Of a stretch of DNA of 64,000 nucleotides, positions 1 through 8,587 are shown in pieces. Positions within the stretch are counted from its first letter, which is position 1. Every line of letters starts with the position of its first letter. The stretch lies in NCBI GenBank assembly GCA_043732185.1, contig JAYTHY010000006.1, forward strand, positions 46,338 to 110,337. The letters are read 5' to 3'. The notes below the pieces were generated by a model that was not told where the DNA came from, did not search any database, and saw only the letters and a list, made by a program, of their open reading frames with translations. Made by a program: the position numbers and the translations under genes. This DNA comes from Fibrobacteria bacterium (GTDB taxonomy: Bacteria > Fibrobacterota > Fibrobacteria > UBA11236).

Positions 1-1
1 A

Positions 2-931
2 GGCAGGTGGCGTGCCTGGGCTTTTACTGGCAAAAGGATTGTTGGCGGCAAAAGGATTATTAGCAGCGAAAGGATTCGCGCTCGGCGCGGCAAGCGGGTT
101 GGCTTGTGGCGCACTGGTTGGGGGCCGAAAGCCGGGATCCGGTGGTCGGGATACTGGGTTCTGTGGCCCTGGAAAGGAAGGCCGAGCGGCGGGTCCACCA
201 AAGCCAGGAAAAGGTTGGGGCGCGCTTATGGGAGGACGCATAGCAGGCGCCGCGGGCGAAGCTTGTTGTGTGGGCTTGGCAGCCGAGGCGCCTAACGAGG
301 CCGCATCACCTGGACGAGCGGTGCGTCGAGTCCCTTGAAAGCCCGCGTACTTGGCATTGAACTTATCGATTACGTATTTTCCAATTCCCTTTAAAGTTGT
401 AAAAACACCCACACCTGTTGCAGCAACTGCTTCATAATGAGGCAGTTTTAATTTATTCAGCAATTCATTGAGCTGATCCACGGAATACACATTGGGTAAA
501 TCGCGTTTGTTGTACTGAAGCACCAAGGGAATGTTTTCGATGGAATGTCCATATTCCCTTAGGTTCTCTTGCAGGTTGGCAAAACTTTCCAGGTTTTCCT
601 GAAGCTTATCCACTTGTGAGTCCACTACAAAAACCACGCCATCCACCCCGCGTAGCACAAGTTTTCGGGTGGCATTGTAATAGACCTGGCCTGGCACGGT
701 ATACAATTGGAACTTGGTCGAAAAGCCCTTAATGGATCCCAAATCGAGGGGAAGAAAATCGAAAAATAGAGTCCGGTCCGTTTCCGTGGCCAAGGACACC
801 ATTTCACTTTTATCCTTGTCCGGTATTTTTCGATGAATAATCTGTAAATTAGTGGTTTTTCCGCTCAGCCCAGGACCGTAATAGACGATCTTGCAGCTGA
901 TTTCCCGGGTTGCGTAATTAATAGATGCCAC
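2..931 (-). CDS. mglA: MglA-family small Ras-like GTPase with long Pro/Ala-rich C-terminal extension (partial, runs off window start)
   Basis: Not in the ORF track. Manual translation from GTG at 931 (GAGG RBS upstream) gives MASINYATREISCKIVYYGPGLSGKTTNL...ETDRTLFFDFLP...LYTVPGQ...QYNKRDLP. P-loop, R53, Q82 and NKRD match MglA. The frame stays open to position 2. Confidence 0.95.
   Translation of the reverse strand, partial: MASINYATREISCKIVYYGPGLSGKTTNLQIIHRKIPDKDKSEMVSLATETDRTLFFDFLPLDLGSIKGFSTKFQLYTVPGQVYYNATRKLVLRGVDGVVFVVDSQVDKLQENLESFANLQENLREYGHSIENIPLVLQYNKRDLPNVYSVDQLNELLNKLKLPHYEAVAATGVGVFTTLKGIGKYVIDKFNAKYAGFQGTRRTARPGDAASLGASAAKPTQQASPAAPAMRPPISAPQPFPGFGGPAARPSFPGPQNPVSRPPDPGFRPPTSAPQANPLAAPSANPFAANNPFAANNPFASKSPGTPPA
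30..103 (-). repeat. Imperfect 18-bp in-frame tandem repeat encoding ANPLAAPS-ANPFAA-NNPFAA-NNPFA
   Basis: + strand gcaaaaggattgttggcg / gcaaaaggattattagca / gcgaaaggattcgcg, inside the MglA tail. Confidence 0.85.
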
Positions 932-945
932 AGGATTTTCCTCGG

Positions 946-1287
946 TTACTTAATTAAGGGGCTGACTTGAGCGATTTCCACCCGGATCAAGCCGGTATTG
1001 GCCTGGCTGTCCGCAAGCACAACCAGATAGCCTAATTCTACAACCTGGACAAAGAACTTGCCATCGCTTGCTTCAATCATTGTCTGCATCAGTTGACCCG
1101 CCTGTGCATTTGCAACAATTTTATTGGCCACCTGCTGTACCGAAACGATAAGGGCGCTGATGAATTCTGAAGGAACCGGAGTCCTGAAGTGGGACACAAT
1201 CTCAATCCCGTCCGGACTGACGATACTCGAACCTTTGACGCCCTTGATCTGGTTTATTCTCTCCAATATAGTAAGCATTCCATTCAA
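946..1287 (-). CDS. Roadblock/LC7 domain protein (MglB/MglC-like)
   Basis: 113 aa with GVKGSSIVSPDGIEI...G.LMQTMIEASDGK...YLVVLADSQANTGLIRVEI, a typical Robl_LC7 pattern; directly upstream of mglA. Confidence 0.88.
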   Translation of the reverse strand: MNGMLTILERINQIKGVKGSSIVSPDGIEIVSHFRTPVPSEFISALIVSVQQVANKIVANAQAGQLMQTMIEASDGKFFVQVVELGYLVVLADSQANTGLIRVEIAQVSPLIK

Positions 1288-1712
1288 CTCCGTATATAGC
1301 CACGTTCATGTAAGAGGCGGGCAATGGCAAGGGCCCCGCGGTCTATCCGAAATTTGAATAAATCATAACTTCCCCGGGTTCCGGCGACGACGAGAAAGAA
1401 TAAGTCCAATTGTCCCAAATTGACTATCAAGTGAAAATGATGTTCATCAAACGACACAGAATGTTCCAATGGGCCCATCCCCAGCATTCTGTATTGAGCC
1501 AACGATTCCTGAAAACTGGCTAGAAAATAAGGGGATTCGATAAAATGGTTTTGCTGGCTCTCCTCTCCCCAGGCCACGACCAACCCTTCGCGACTGTAGA
1601 GAATGGCTCCGGTAATACCCTTCACCAGACTTAAGTATCCAAGGCATCGGTCCAAATCCTGTGACTCAACGAGCTTGTTGATGTCAGTGGGTGCCAGATC
1701 GAGTTTACTCAT
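1284..1712 (-). CDS. Second, divergent roadblock/LC7-like protein
   Basis: KGITGAILYSREGLVVA...LGMGPLEHSVSF...FFLVVAG...LFKFRI follows the roadblock pattern; 4-bp overlap with the next gene. Confidence 0.65.
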   Translation of the reverse strand: MSKLDLAPTDINKLVESQDLDRCLGYLSLVKGITGAILYSREGLVVAWGEESQQNHFIESPYFLASFQESLAQYRMLGMGPLEHSVSFDEHHFHLIVNLGQLDLFFLVVAGTRGSYDLFKFRIDRGALAIARLLHERGYIRS

Positions 1713-2583
1713 GAGTCAAATTACCTACTGCGTGAGGCCCCATATTGGCGCGCACTTTGGCCGAAGCGGCCTGTTTTTGAAAAATATTTTCCGCTCGTAC
1801 CATGGTCAGCAGGGATTGGTTGATGTTTCCAGTTACAAGCTCGAGACATTCTGCGCCCATATGCAGAGAGGTCACCGTCAAATTCTGGAAGGAAAAACAG
1901 ATCTTGTGAATTTCTCCACCCTCCAACGCATCACACGTATTGGCAATGGCACCCGGAAGAATTTGTGGCAGTAAGTTGACCAAGGAGGCGAGATTCGAAT
2001 TTCGGCTGGTGGACTTGTATCGGTTTTGCGCCTGATTTCCAAGAACCAATGCCTGCGTATTGTCATCCATCACTAAACTTTGATAGATACCAAAATCTCC
2101 CTCACCGAGCTCGAAGGCCGCCATATTAGGTGTGGAAATTGCCGGAGGAACCGGAAGAATGCTGGCTGCCGCCGAAAAAGAGGCCACTGGAGTGACTGCA
2201 CCCAATGAGTTCGCGGGAACTTCTGATGGCCGTCCTTGCCATGCCATCCATTCTAAATAGATACTCGATTCGAGCAGTGACAAAGCCACCAAATCGTTGG
2301 GATGCCGGTGCAGGTGCGAAACCAGCTTCTGTTTCACCTGTTGGTGTTCACCGGTTTCAATCCCGATTTGGGTCTGTAAGTAAAAAACCATATCCTTGAA
2401 TCGCGTAGTTTGCTTGCCTTCCAAACTTTGCAAAACATGATTGGCCAAATCGTATTTCTTGCGCCGAATAAGCAGACATGCATACGCTAGAGTACTCGAA
2501 CTTTGAATAAAACTCTGGCATATCACATCCCCCATGAGGACGCTTTCGGCGGTTTTAACTTCGTGCTGGGTTGCCGTGGACAT
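1705..2583 (-). CDS. N-terminal TPR-like region, low-complexity linker and C-terminal roadblock-like domain
   Basis: Helical N-terminus (KYDLANHVLQ...HLHRHPNDLVALSLL); C-terminus DALEGGEIHKICFSFQNLTVTSL...LELVTG resembles the roadblock beta-sheet. Confidence 0.55.
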   Translation of the reverse strand: MSTATQHEVKTAESVLMGDVICQSFIQSSSTLAYACLLIRRKKYDLANHVLQSLEGKQTTRFKDMVFYLQTQIGIETGEHQQVKQKLVSHLHRHPNDLVALSLLESSIYLEWMAWQGRPSEVPANSLGAVTPVASFSAAASILPVPPAISTPNMAAFELGEGDFGIYQSLVMDDNTQALVLGNQAQNRYKSTSRNSNLASLVNLLPQILPGAIANTCDALEGGEIHKICFSFQNLTVTSLHMGAECLELVTGNINQSLLTMVRAENIFQKQAASAKVRANMGPHAVGNLTHE

Positions 2584-2591
2584 TCAAATTC

Positions 2592-3683
2592 TCATTTAAG
2601 TTGGTAAGTTTTTTTGGTGATTTTCTTATACACCGGTTTATTTCCAATCGGGCCGCTGACCTCGTTTGGAACCAATGCCCCCTCTTCAACCAGCACTTTT
2701 AGAGTCGCAGGTAGATTGTTTTGCCTATCCGCATGATCCACCAGTAGCACTTCAATATTATCGTACGCAAAATGATTCGCTATTTTCATTGCATACCCTC
2801 CCTGTGAGCTCTGCTTGGAAGTCGATGAAAGGTCTAGGCTGAGGAACCAATAGGAAACGAACCGCAAGACCAGGGCCAGCAGCAAAAACATGAAAGCCGT
2901 ACCCAGTACCATGGCCGTTTTCCTATCCTTTTCATTTTGGGGATCGGCAGCGGCAGGCAAATCGATTTCCTCGACCGAATCCGCCACTGGGGCGACAAAC
3001 CCACCCTCCCATAAATTTACAAGGCATTCGGAGAGTCGGAAAGAGCCAAAGGGAACTTGTTTGGCGATTTGTGCCACGCTCTTCCGTCCATCAACCAGCC
3101 CCAACACCAAATAGTCCCAGCCTAATTGGTCGCCGTCATAGGTTTTTTCCATGAGGTTGAAAACGACTTTGGGATCGGGTATGGACTCCTTAAGTCGCGG
3201 CCACTCATCTATGCGCCGCATTCCCTCCATACAGGCAAATTCTGTGGAAATATTCAGTTGCATGGAAATGGAGGATTGCGCCTTTAGTCCGGTCCCAAAA
3301 TCATATTGCCCTTTGAGCCATCCAAACAGTTCACAAACCATGTCCTCGGAAATGATCTGTAGCCATTCTTTCTTGTCCTCATCGGTCAAATGACCTTTGG
3401 CGGCCAAGGTTGTCAGCAAGGGACGATTCATTTCTCTGGACATGGACTCCAGTTCATGCATCTCATCCTTTTCCACCTTGCCGGAGGCGATCAGCATTTC
3501 TTTGATAATATCCTCGGGCATCTCGCCATTCACTCTAACTCCATTGACATTGCCAGCGGAGATGAAAATTTCAGCCTTTTCTTTCCCGTTAACCAAATTG
3601 AGCACACCGGACTTGCGCTGTTGCAACAATAGTTGCAGGACATCGGCCAGAGAGAAGTCTTTTAAATCCCCGGAAAGCTTCAT
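2592..3683 (-). CDS. DUF4388 (PatA_N-like) domain membrane protein with C-terminal pseudopilin/GspG-like segment
   Basis: MKLSGDLKDFSLADVLQLLLQQRKSGVL...ELFGWLKGQYDF...MEGMRRIDEW; one TM helix; C-terminal LPATLKVLVEEG...GPIGNKPVY. Confidence 0.85.
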   Translation of the reverse strand: MKLSGDLKDFSLADVLQLLLQQRKSGVLNLVNGKEKAEIFISAGNVNGVRVNGEMPEDIIKEMLIASGKVEKDEMHELESMSREMNRPLLTTLAAKGHLTDEDKKEWLQIISEDMVCELFGWLKGQYDFGTGLKAQSSISMQLNISTEFACMEGMRRIDEWPRLKESIPDPKVVFNLMEKTYDGDQLGWDYLVLGLVDGRKSVAQIAKQVPFGSFRLSECLVNLWEGGFVAPVADSVEEIDLPAAADPQNEKDRKTAMVLGTAFMFLLLALVLRFVSYWFLSLDLSSTSKQSSQGGYAMKIANHFAYDNIEVLLVDHADRQNNLPATLKVLVEEGALVPNEVSGPIGNKPVYKKITKKTYQLK

Positions 3684-5899
3684 CGAAAAGTCTCCTTTTC
3701 GACGGCAGCGGAAGCAGCCATCAGTTCACCGACATTGACGGGAGTGCGGAGGAGCTTGATATTGAACAAAAGATAAAATAGCGCGATAGGTAGCCAAGGC
3801 AACCAGTGGAAAGGGCCAATCACAAAGCTGGGATACTCCATGAGGAGGTGGTTCACTTGCCAAAGGCCGCCCATCAGAAATCCTGTTGCCAGAATCCAAA
3901 CAAACCGCCCCGTGCCCAAACCTAAAAACAAAAGTCCGGTCCCTGGCCAAAGCGAATTAAGCACGGCTCCGATACGCAAGCGTTGTACGGTCGAGCGCAT
4001 GCGCATACGTTTTACCATTTCCATTTTCACCCGGTTATCATGAATTCCGGAAACTGTTTTAAAACATGTGTGACAATGCACGCCTTTACGACAAAGACGG
4101 CACATGACCCGGTTACAAATTTTGCAGTCGAACAAATCCTTCCCATGGCTATGTTGAGAATGATGTCGAAAGCGGAAATGCAGCAACAAGGCGACGATAC
4201 CGACCATGGCGAGCAGCCAACCACCCATAATTTCATAAATTCCGGTACTGACCCACACACCTAGAAAATCCAATCCAATCAAAGAATTCCACGCTGCGGT
4301 CCAAGCCAACCGATTTCTCAACATGGGATCCATCGCCTTACGTGTGGCCGGATACTCAGGAAAATATTCGTCGTTGTCCTTCAAAAACTGGTTGACCCAT
4401 TGTGGGTCCACCTCGGCTGCTCGATCCAGGTATTTTTTATGCCGAGTCGAATTGTTGGAATACAATTCCGCCTGACTGGAGTTGAACCATGTTTCCACCA
4501 TGTTGGGCGCAATTCTACGGGCTTCTGTGAAAGCGGTGGACGCGCCGGTGTAATCAAATCCCACCATAGCCAGATTCCCATTATTGAGAAGCACATACGG
4601 ATTGGAAGGTTCAATTTGAGACGCCAAGCGGCCAAATTCTCCTGCCTTAATATATTCTCCTTGCTTTTTATAGGTCAAGGAATAGGCCAGGCTGCGATAA
4701 AGACTGTCTTCCTGGGTTTTGGCTTTGAAGGCTTCCATTCGCGTGATTAGGGGTGCTTCATATCCGCGATTATAGGCGCGGTGATAAAGATTGACTCCCA
4801 GGGTATCATCCAGGTGACGCACCATGGTTTGCTCCCACATAAAGAGGAATGGGATCAAGGCCAGACCCGTCATCAGGACTTTTAGAAAAGTTTTTTCTTG
4901 ATTGGTCACATGTTTCCAGAGCAGCATGGTAAAGGCCAGGCCCAATGCCACATACCCCAATCCACCTATCATCAGGCTTAAAGGAAGGAGGGCCAAAGCG
5001 AAATATCGGATCCAGATTTCCACTTGATTCGGAAGCCGCTCGACCCATAAATGGGTGATGCGCGAAAAGTATTTTCCGAAGAGAACCAGCAAGGCAACTG
5101 CGCCAAAAAAGGCCAGGCCCATGCGAAAGGCACGAGACATATTGACTATGAAAAGAGATTGGCTGTCGTAATATTGCAGCAATCTGGCAGCCTCGGTGAG
5201 CCGCGTCCAAGCGGCGCTCAAATCCCAATTGAGCGGGGGCTTTTCCCGGAACTCCATCTCCATCAATATAAAAGGAACCCAAGGACAGAGCGGATCGAGC
5301 TTTCCAGCAAACTCGGCAGCCTGTCTCGCGACCAAATATAAGCCCTGGCCCATCGCCTCACGGGCACGGAGCAATTCCAGCTTCGCGAGTTCGGGAACCT
5401 TGATATAGCCTTTTTCCAGCATGTTGCGCTGAACTTCCAGTTGTAATAAATGCGCTCTTTGGTACAGCCCGTTTTGGGTAAGAATCCTAGCCATTTCATA
5501 GTTAACGGCAATGTTACCTTTGGCCAATTGGGTTGCCATGAGGAGTTCCGTCTCGCCATTGCCAGCCTTGGTTTTGTCCAAAGCGAGACCCACGCTGAAA
5601 TTGGCCCATAAATCGGCAAAGGTCGGCGCCTCCGGATTGGTCACGGCTGCAGGATGTGCTTCACGCACATGCTGGATAAGGACCGGGAGCTCTGTCGCAC
5701 TGATGGAATTGGCGAAAAGTTTTATGCTGGGGGGGAAACGTTCTTGAAAATCCCAACGCGAAAACACGGTTTCCCGCAGCGATTCCAATACTTGAACTTG
5801 GGCCATAAGAGGAGCCGCCAGGCAAAGCAGCAGCCTGATACATCTAATAGGGTTGATCAAATCACTCCCAATCCAGGGTGAAACAAGACAAGCCTCCAA
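3680..5899 (-). CDS. Polytopic membrane protein with TPR repeats and a Cys-rich zinc-finger-like segment
   Basis: Several hydrophobic stretches, TPR-like helices (EPSNPYVLLNNGNL...APNMVETWFN) and CKIC-x4-CRLC-x5-CHTC; start uncertain. Confidence 0.75.
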   Translation of the reverse strand: MEACLVSPWIGSDLINPIRCIRLLLCLAAPLMAQVQVLESLRETVFSRWDFQERFPPSIKLFANSISATELPVLIQHVREAHPAAVTNPEAPTFADLWANFSVGLALDKTKAGNGETELLMATQLAKGNIAVNYEMARILTQNGLYQRAHLLQLEVQRNMLEKGYIKVPELAKLELLRAREAMGQGLYLVARQAAEFAGKLDPLCPWVPFILMEMEFREKPPLNWDLSAAWTRLTEAARLLQYYDSQSLFIVNMSRAFRMGLAFFGAVALLVLFGKYFSRITHLWVERLPNQVEIWIRYFALALLPLSLMIGGLGYVALGLAFTMLLWKHVTNQEKTFLKVLMTGLALIPFLFMWEQTMVRHLDDTLGVNLYHRAYNRGYEAPLITRMEAFKAKTQEDSLYRSLAYSLTYKKQGEYIKAGEFGRLASQIEPSNPYVLLNNGNLAMVGFDYTGASTAFTEARRIAPNMVETWFNSSQAELYSNNSTRHKKYLDRAAEVDPQWVNQFLKDNDEYFPEYPATRKAMDPMLRNRLAWTAAWNSLIGLDFLGVWVSTGIYEIMGGWLLAMVGIVALLLHFRFRHHSQHSHGKDLFDCKICNRVMCRLCRKGVHCHTCFKTVSGIHDNRVKMEMVKRMRMRSTVQRLRIGAVLNSLWPGTGLLFLGLGTGRFVWILATGFLMGGLWQVNHLLMEYPSFVIGPFHWLPWLPIALFYLLFNIKLLRTPVNVGELMAASAAVEKETFR

Positions 5900-5918
5900 A
5901 AATCCCTGAGCCGTAGCA

Positions 5919-7322
5919 TCAGGATTGCGCTTTTAAACCGTATCGTTCAATCTTCCTATAAAGCGTGGAAATATCCAACCCCAGAATCTTGGCTACGGTC
6001 GGTTTATGCCACTGATTTTCGGTAAGCACCCAAAAAATATAAGCCTTTTCGATGTCGTTGAGGGTCGGTGATACGCCGACCCCAAAGGCGCGTTCCCCAG
6101 CTGGCATGGAACCGGAACCTTCCATTTTCCCTGTCCGTGGCAAGGTGTGGCCCTGATCCAGTTCAGTCACTGTTGTGCTGGGCAAGTCCAGCTCCAACGT
6201 TTCAATAGATTCACTGGTACTGAAGGCAATAGCCCTCTCTACCGCATTTTCCAATTGTCGTACATTTCCAGGCCAGGCATAGGCTTGAATTTGCTCTAGA
6301 GCGGTTGCGGTGAAAGACTTACGGCCTCCGCTTTTTCTTTGTAAAAAATAGTTTGCGAGCAGAATGGAATCTTCACTCCGCTCAGCCAAAGCCGGTGTAT
6401 TGATACGCAGCACATTGAGCCGATAGTACAGATCTTCCCGAAATTGTCCCTGCGCTACTGCATCCTCAAGGTTCACATTGGTCGCGGCTAAGATACGGAC
6501 GTCGATTCGAGAGGAAGCTGTGCCGCCAACCTGAGTGATTTCCCGCTCCTGGATGACCCTCAAAAGCTTGACCTGAGTGCGGAGCGGCATTTCCCCGATC
6601 TCGTCCAGGAACACGGAGCCACCGTTGGCAACGGCGAATAAGCCATCCTTGTCGGCATGTGCCGAAGTAAACGATCCTTTCACATGACCGAATAATTCCG
6701 ACTCCAGCAAACTCTCGGAAAGCGAAGAGCAATTGACCACTACAAATGGTTTTAAGGAACGCAAGGATTTTTGATGGATGAGCTTTGCCACCAGTTCTTT
6801 GCCGGTCCCGCTCTCCCCTGTAATGAGCACTGTGCTTTCCGAGGAGGCGATGGCGTTGATCCGGTCCTTAAGTTGGAGAAAAATCGGAGATTGACCGATT
6901 AACTCAACGCCTTGCCGTCGAATGAAGTCCTTCAGCTCACGGTTTTCAGTTTCCAGTGTCCGCGTTGCCACGGCCTTCTCGACCACTTTTCCCAAAAAAA
7001 CCATTTCGAAAGGTTTGGAAATAAAATCAAATGCTCCCAGCTTTACAGCCTCAACGGCCTTTTCAACTGTCCCATAGGCAGTCATGACAACCACAGGAAC
7101 CCGCGGGAAGCGGTCGAGCAGCGCCTTGACTAGGGTGAGTCCTGAACCTTGACCTAAAGCCAAATCAACCATGGCCAATAAGGGCTCAGGGCCATCCAAG
7201 AGCTTGAGTCCGGCTTCAACGCTATGGGCGGAAACCGTCGCATACCCTTTTTTTTCGAAAAACACTTCTAGCAGCGCACAAAGCGATACTTCGTCATCAA
7301 CGATGAGTACTTTAGGTTTCAT
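5919..7322 (-). CDS. Sigma54-dependent response regulator (NtrC/PilR/AtoC family: REC-AAA+-HTH)
   Basis: VLIVDDE receiver, GESGTGKE, GSFTSA, FLDEIG, FREDLYYRLNV, WPGNVRQL, C-terminal Fis-type HTH. Confidence 0.93.
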   Translation of the reverse strand: MKPKVLIVDDEVSLCALLEVFFEKKGYATVSAHSVEAGLKLLDGPEPLLAMVDLALGQGSGLTLVKALLDRFPRVPVVVMTAYGTVEKAVEAVKLGAFDFISKPFEMVFLGKVVEKAVATRTLETENRELKDFIRRQGVELIGQSPIFLQLKDRINAIASSESTVLITGESGTGKELVAKLIHQKSLRSLKPFVVVNCSSLSESLLESELFGHVKGSFTSAHADKDGLFAVANGGSVFLDEIGEMPLRTQVKLLRVIQEREITQVGGTASSRIDVRILAATNVNLEDAVAQGQFREDLYYRLNVLRINTPALAERSEDSILLANYFLQRKSGGRKSFTATALEQIQAYAWPGNVRQLENAVERAIAFSTSESIETLELDLPSTTVTELDQGHTLPRTGKMEGSGSMPAGERAFGVGVSPTLNDIEKAYIFWVLTENQWHKPTVAKILGLDISTLYRKIERYGLKAQS

Positions 7323-7382
7323 CCCGGCAATTATCTCACTTTATTCGAATACTGTCTGTTGGCCAAATGGAAAAGAGTACAT

Positions 7383-7410
7383 AACAAAAACCCGCCCAAA
7401 GAGGCGGGTT
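7383..7410 (-). terminator. Intrinsic terminator downstream of rpsT
   Basis: Minus strand AACCCGCC-tctttg-GGCGGGTT followed by TTTGTT. Confidence 0.8.
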
Positions 7411-7468
7411 CAACTACCGAAAATTAAGTTTAGCTCCACTCCTATTGGTGAAACCGTCGAATGCCACC

Positions 7469-7732
7469 TTACGCGGACTTGGCTGCAACGAGCTTGTGGA
7501 TCTTACGTTTGTAGTTGGAAGCCGTGTTTTTGGTAATGCCGGCTCGACCATTTTGGGCAGCTTTATCGAGCATGGAAAAAAGATGGGGCATTTCTGCGAC
7601 CATGGTCTCCTTTTTATCGGCCGTACGTATCTTCTTTAACGTGCTGCGAATGGCCGAACGAACGGCGCGATTGGCCAAACGGGATTTTTCTGCGGTAATG
7701 ACCCTCTTTTGGGCGGATTTGTTCTTGGCCAA
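7469..7732 (-). CDS. rpsT: 30S ribosomal protein S20
   Basis: MAKNKSAQKR...RLANRAVRSAIRS...MLDKAA...TKNTASNYK; TTG start with GGAGG RBS. Confidence 0.95.
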   Translation of the reverse strand: MAKNKSAQKRVITAEKSRLANRAVRSAIRSTLKKIRTADKKETMVAEMPHLFSMLDKAAQNGRAGITKNTASNYKRKIHKLVAAKSA

Positions 7733-7766
7733 AATTTCCTCCAGTAGCTTTCTAATTCGGAGGCTA

Positions 7767-7795
7767 AATCTATCAAATCACGTGGTTTTTTGCAA
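7767..7795 (-). promoter_or_regulatory. Putative sigma70 promoter of rpsT
   Basis: Minus strand TTGCAA-17 nt-TAGATT, with TGn extended -10. Confidence 0.55.
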
Positions 7796-7889
7796 TCCAG
7801 AAGCCTAAAAGCGGCAAAGATTCCCAGCTATACAGCTAGGTCCAGAAGGTGTTGACTGAACCTTCAAAAGGTGTTTGACGGAACCCTAA

Positions 7890-8543
7890 TCAGCCGGGAT
7901 AAAACTGGAACGGCACCCTAAAAAGGGCTAAAATCGGATAAATTAGCGGTTTCCAGAACCGAAACCAAAGGTCGATCAGTCCAAAACCGGAGCCCAAAGA
8001 TTCAAAAATCACAATGGCAATCAACGGATACATCCCCAAAGCAGCCATTTTAGCTTCATAGACATCCGCCACCCGGTCCGGCATGAATGTGGTGATGATT
8101 TTGGACCCGTCCAAAGGAAATACCGGCAATAAATTGAAAATCGCCAATGAAAAATTGATGAGAATGAAGTCTTGCAGCATCAAATACCAACCGGAATTAT
8201 CGAGGCCATACCCGACAAAGAAATAAACCAGACAGCCAACCAGGGCCAAGATCAGGTTGGACAATGGACCCGCAAACGAAACCAAGGGCATGGCGGCACG
8301 AGGATTTCTCAGTCTACCTGGATTGACAGGAACCGGCTTGGCCCAACCCAGGGGCATTCCGGTAAGCATCATCAAGGACCCAACCAGATCCATGTGCACC
8401 AGGGGATTCAAGGATAGCCGCCCTAAACGTTTGGCAGTGTCATCCCCTAGCCGGAAGGCTGTCCACGCATGGGCAGCCTCATGGAAGGATAAAGAAATCG
8501 ACAAGACGAAAAAGCGCATCAATAATACGGGAAGGATCTCCAT
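7890..8543 (-). CDS. Site-2 protease (peptidase M50)
   Basis: HEAAH zinc motif, NLLPVFPLDG, GWAKPVPVNP; hydrophobic. Confidence 0.93.
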   Translation of the reverse strand: MEILPVLLMRFFVLSISLSFHEAAHAWTAFRLGDDTAKRLGRLSLNPLVHMDLVGSLMMLTGMPLGWAKPVPVNPGRLRNPRAAMPLVSFAGPLSNLILALVGCLVYFFVGYGLDNSGWYLMLQDFILINFSLAIFNLLPVFPLDGSKIITTFMPDRVADVYEAKMAALGMYPLIAIVIFESLGSGFGLIDLWFRFWKPLIYPILALFRVPFQFYPG

Positions 8544-8587
8544 AATAAGGTAAAGCTAGCAAACTAACAGAATCCCTTTAGAGGCTT

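Noticed and set aside
12..338. + strand ORF with LLAAKG repeats
   Set aside because: Antisense shadow of the NPFAAN repeat in the minus-strand MglA tail
625..807. 60-aa minus-strand ORF
   Set aside because: Alternative frame inside mglA
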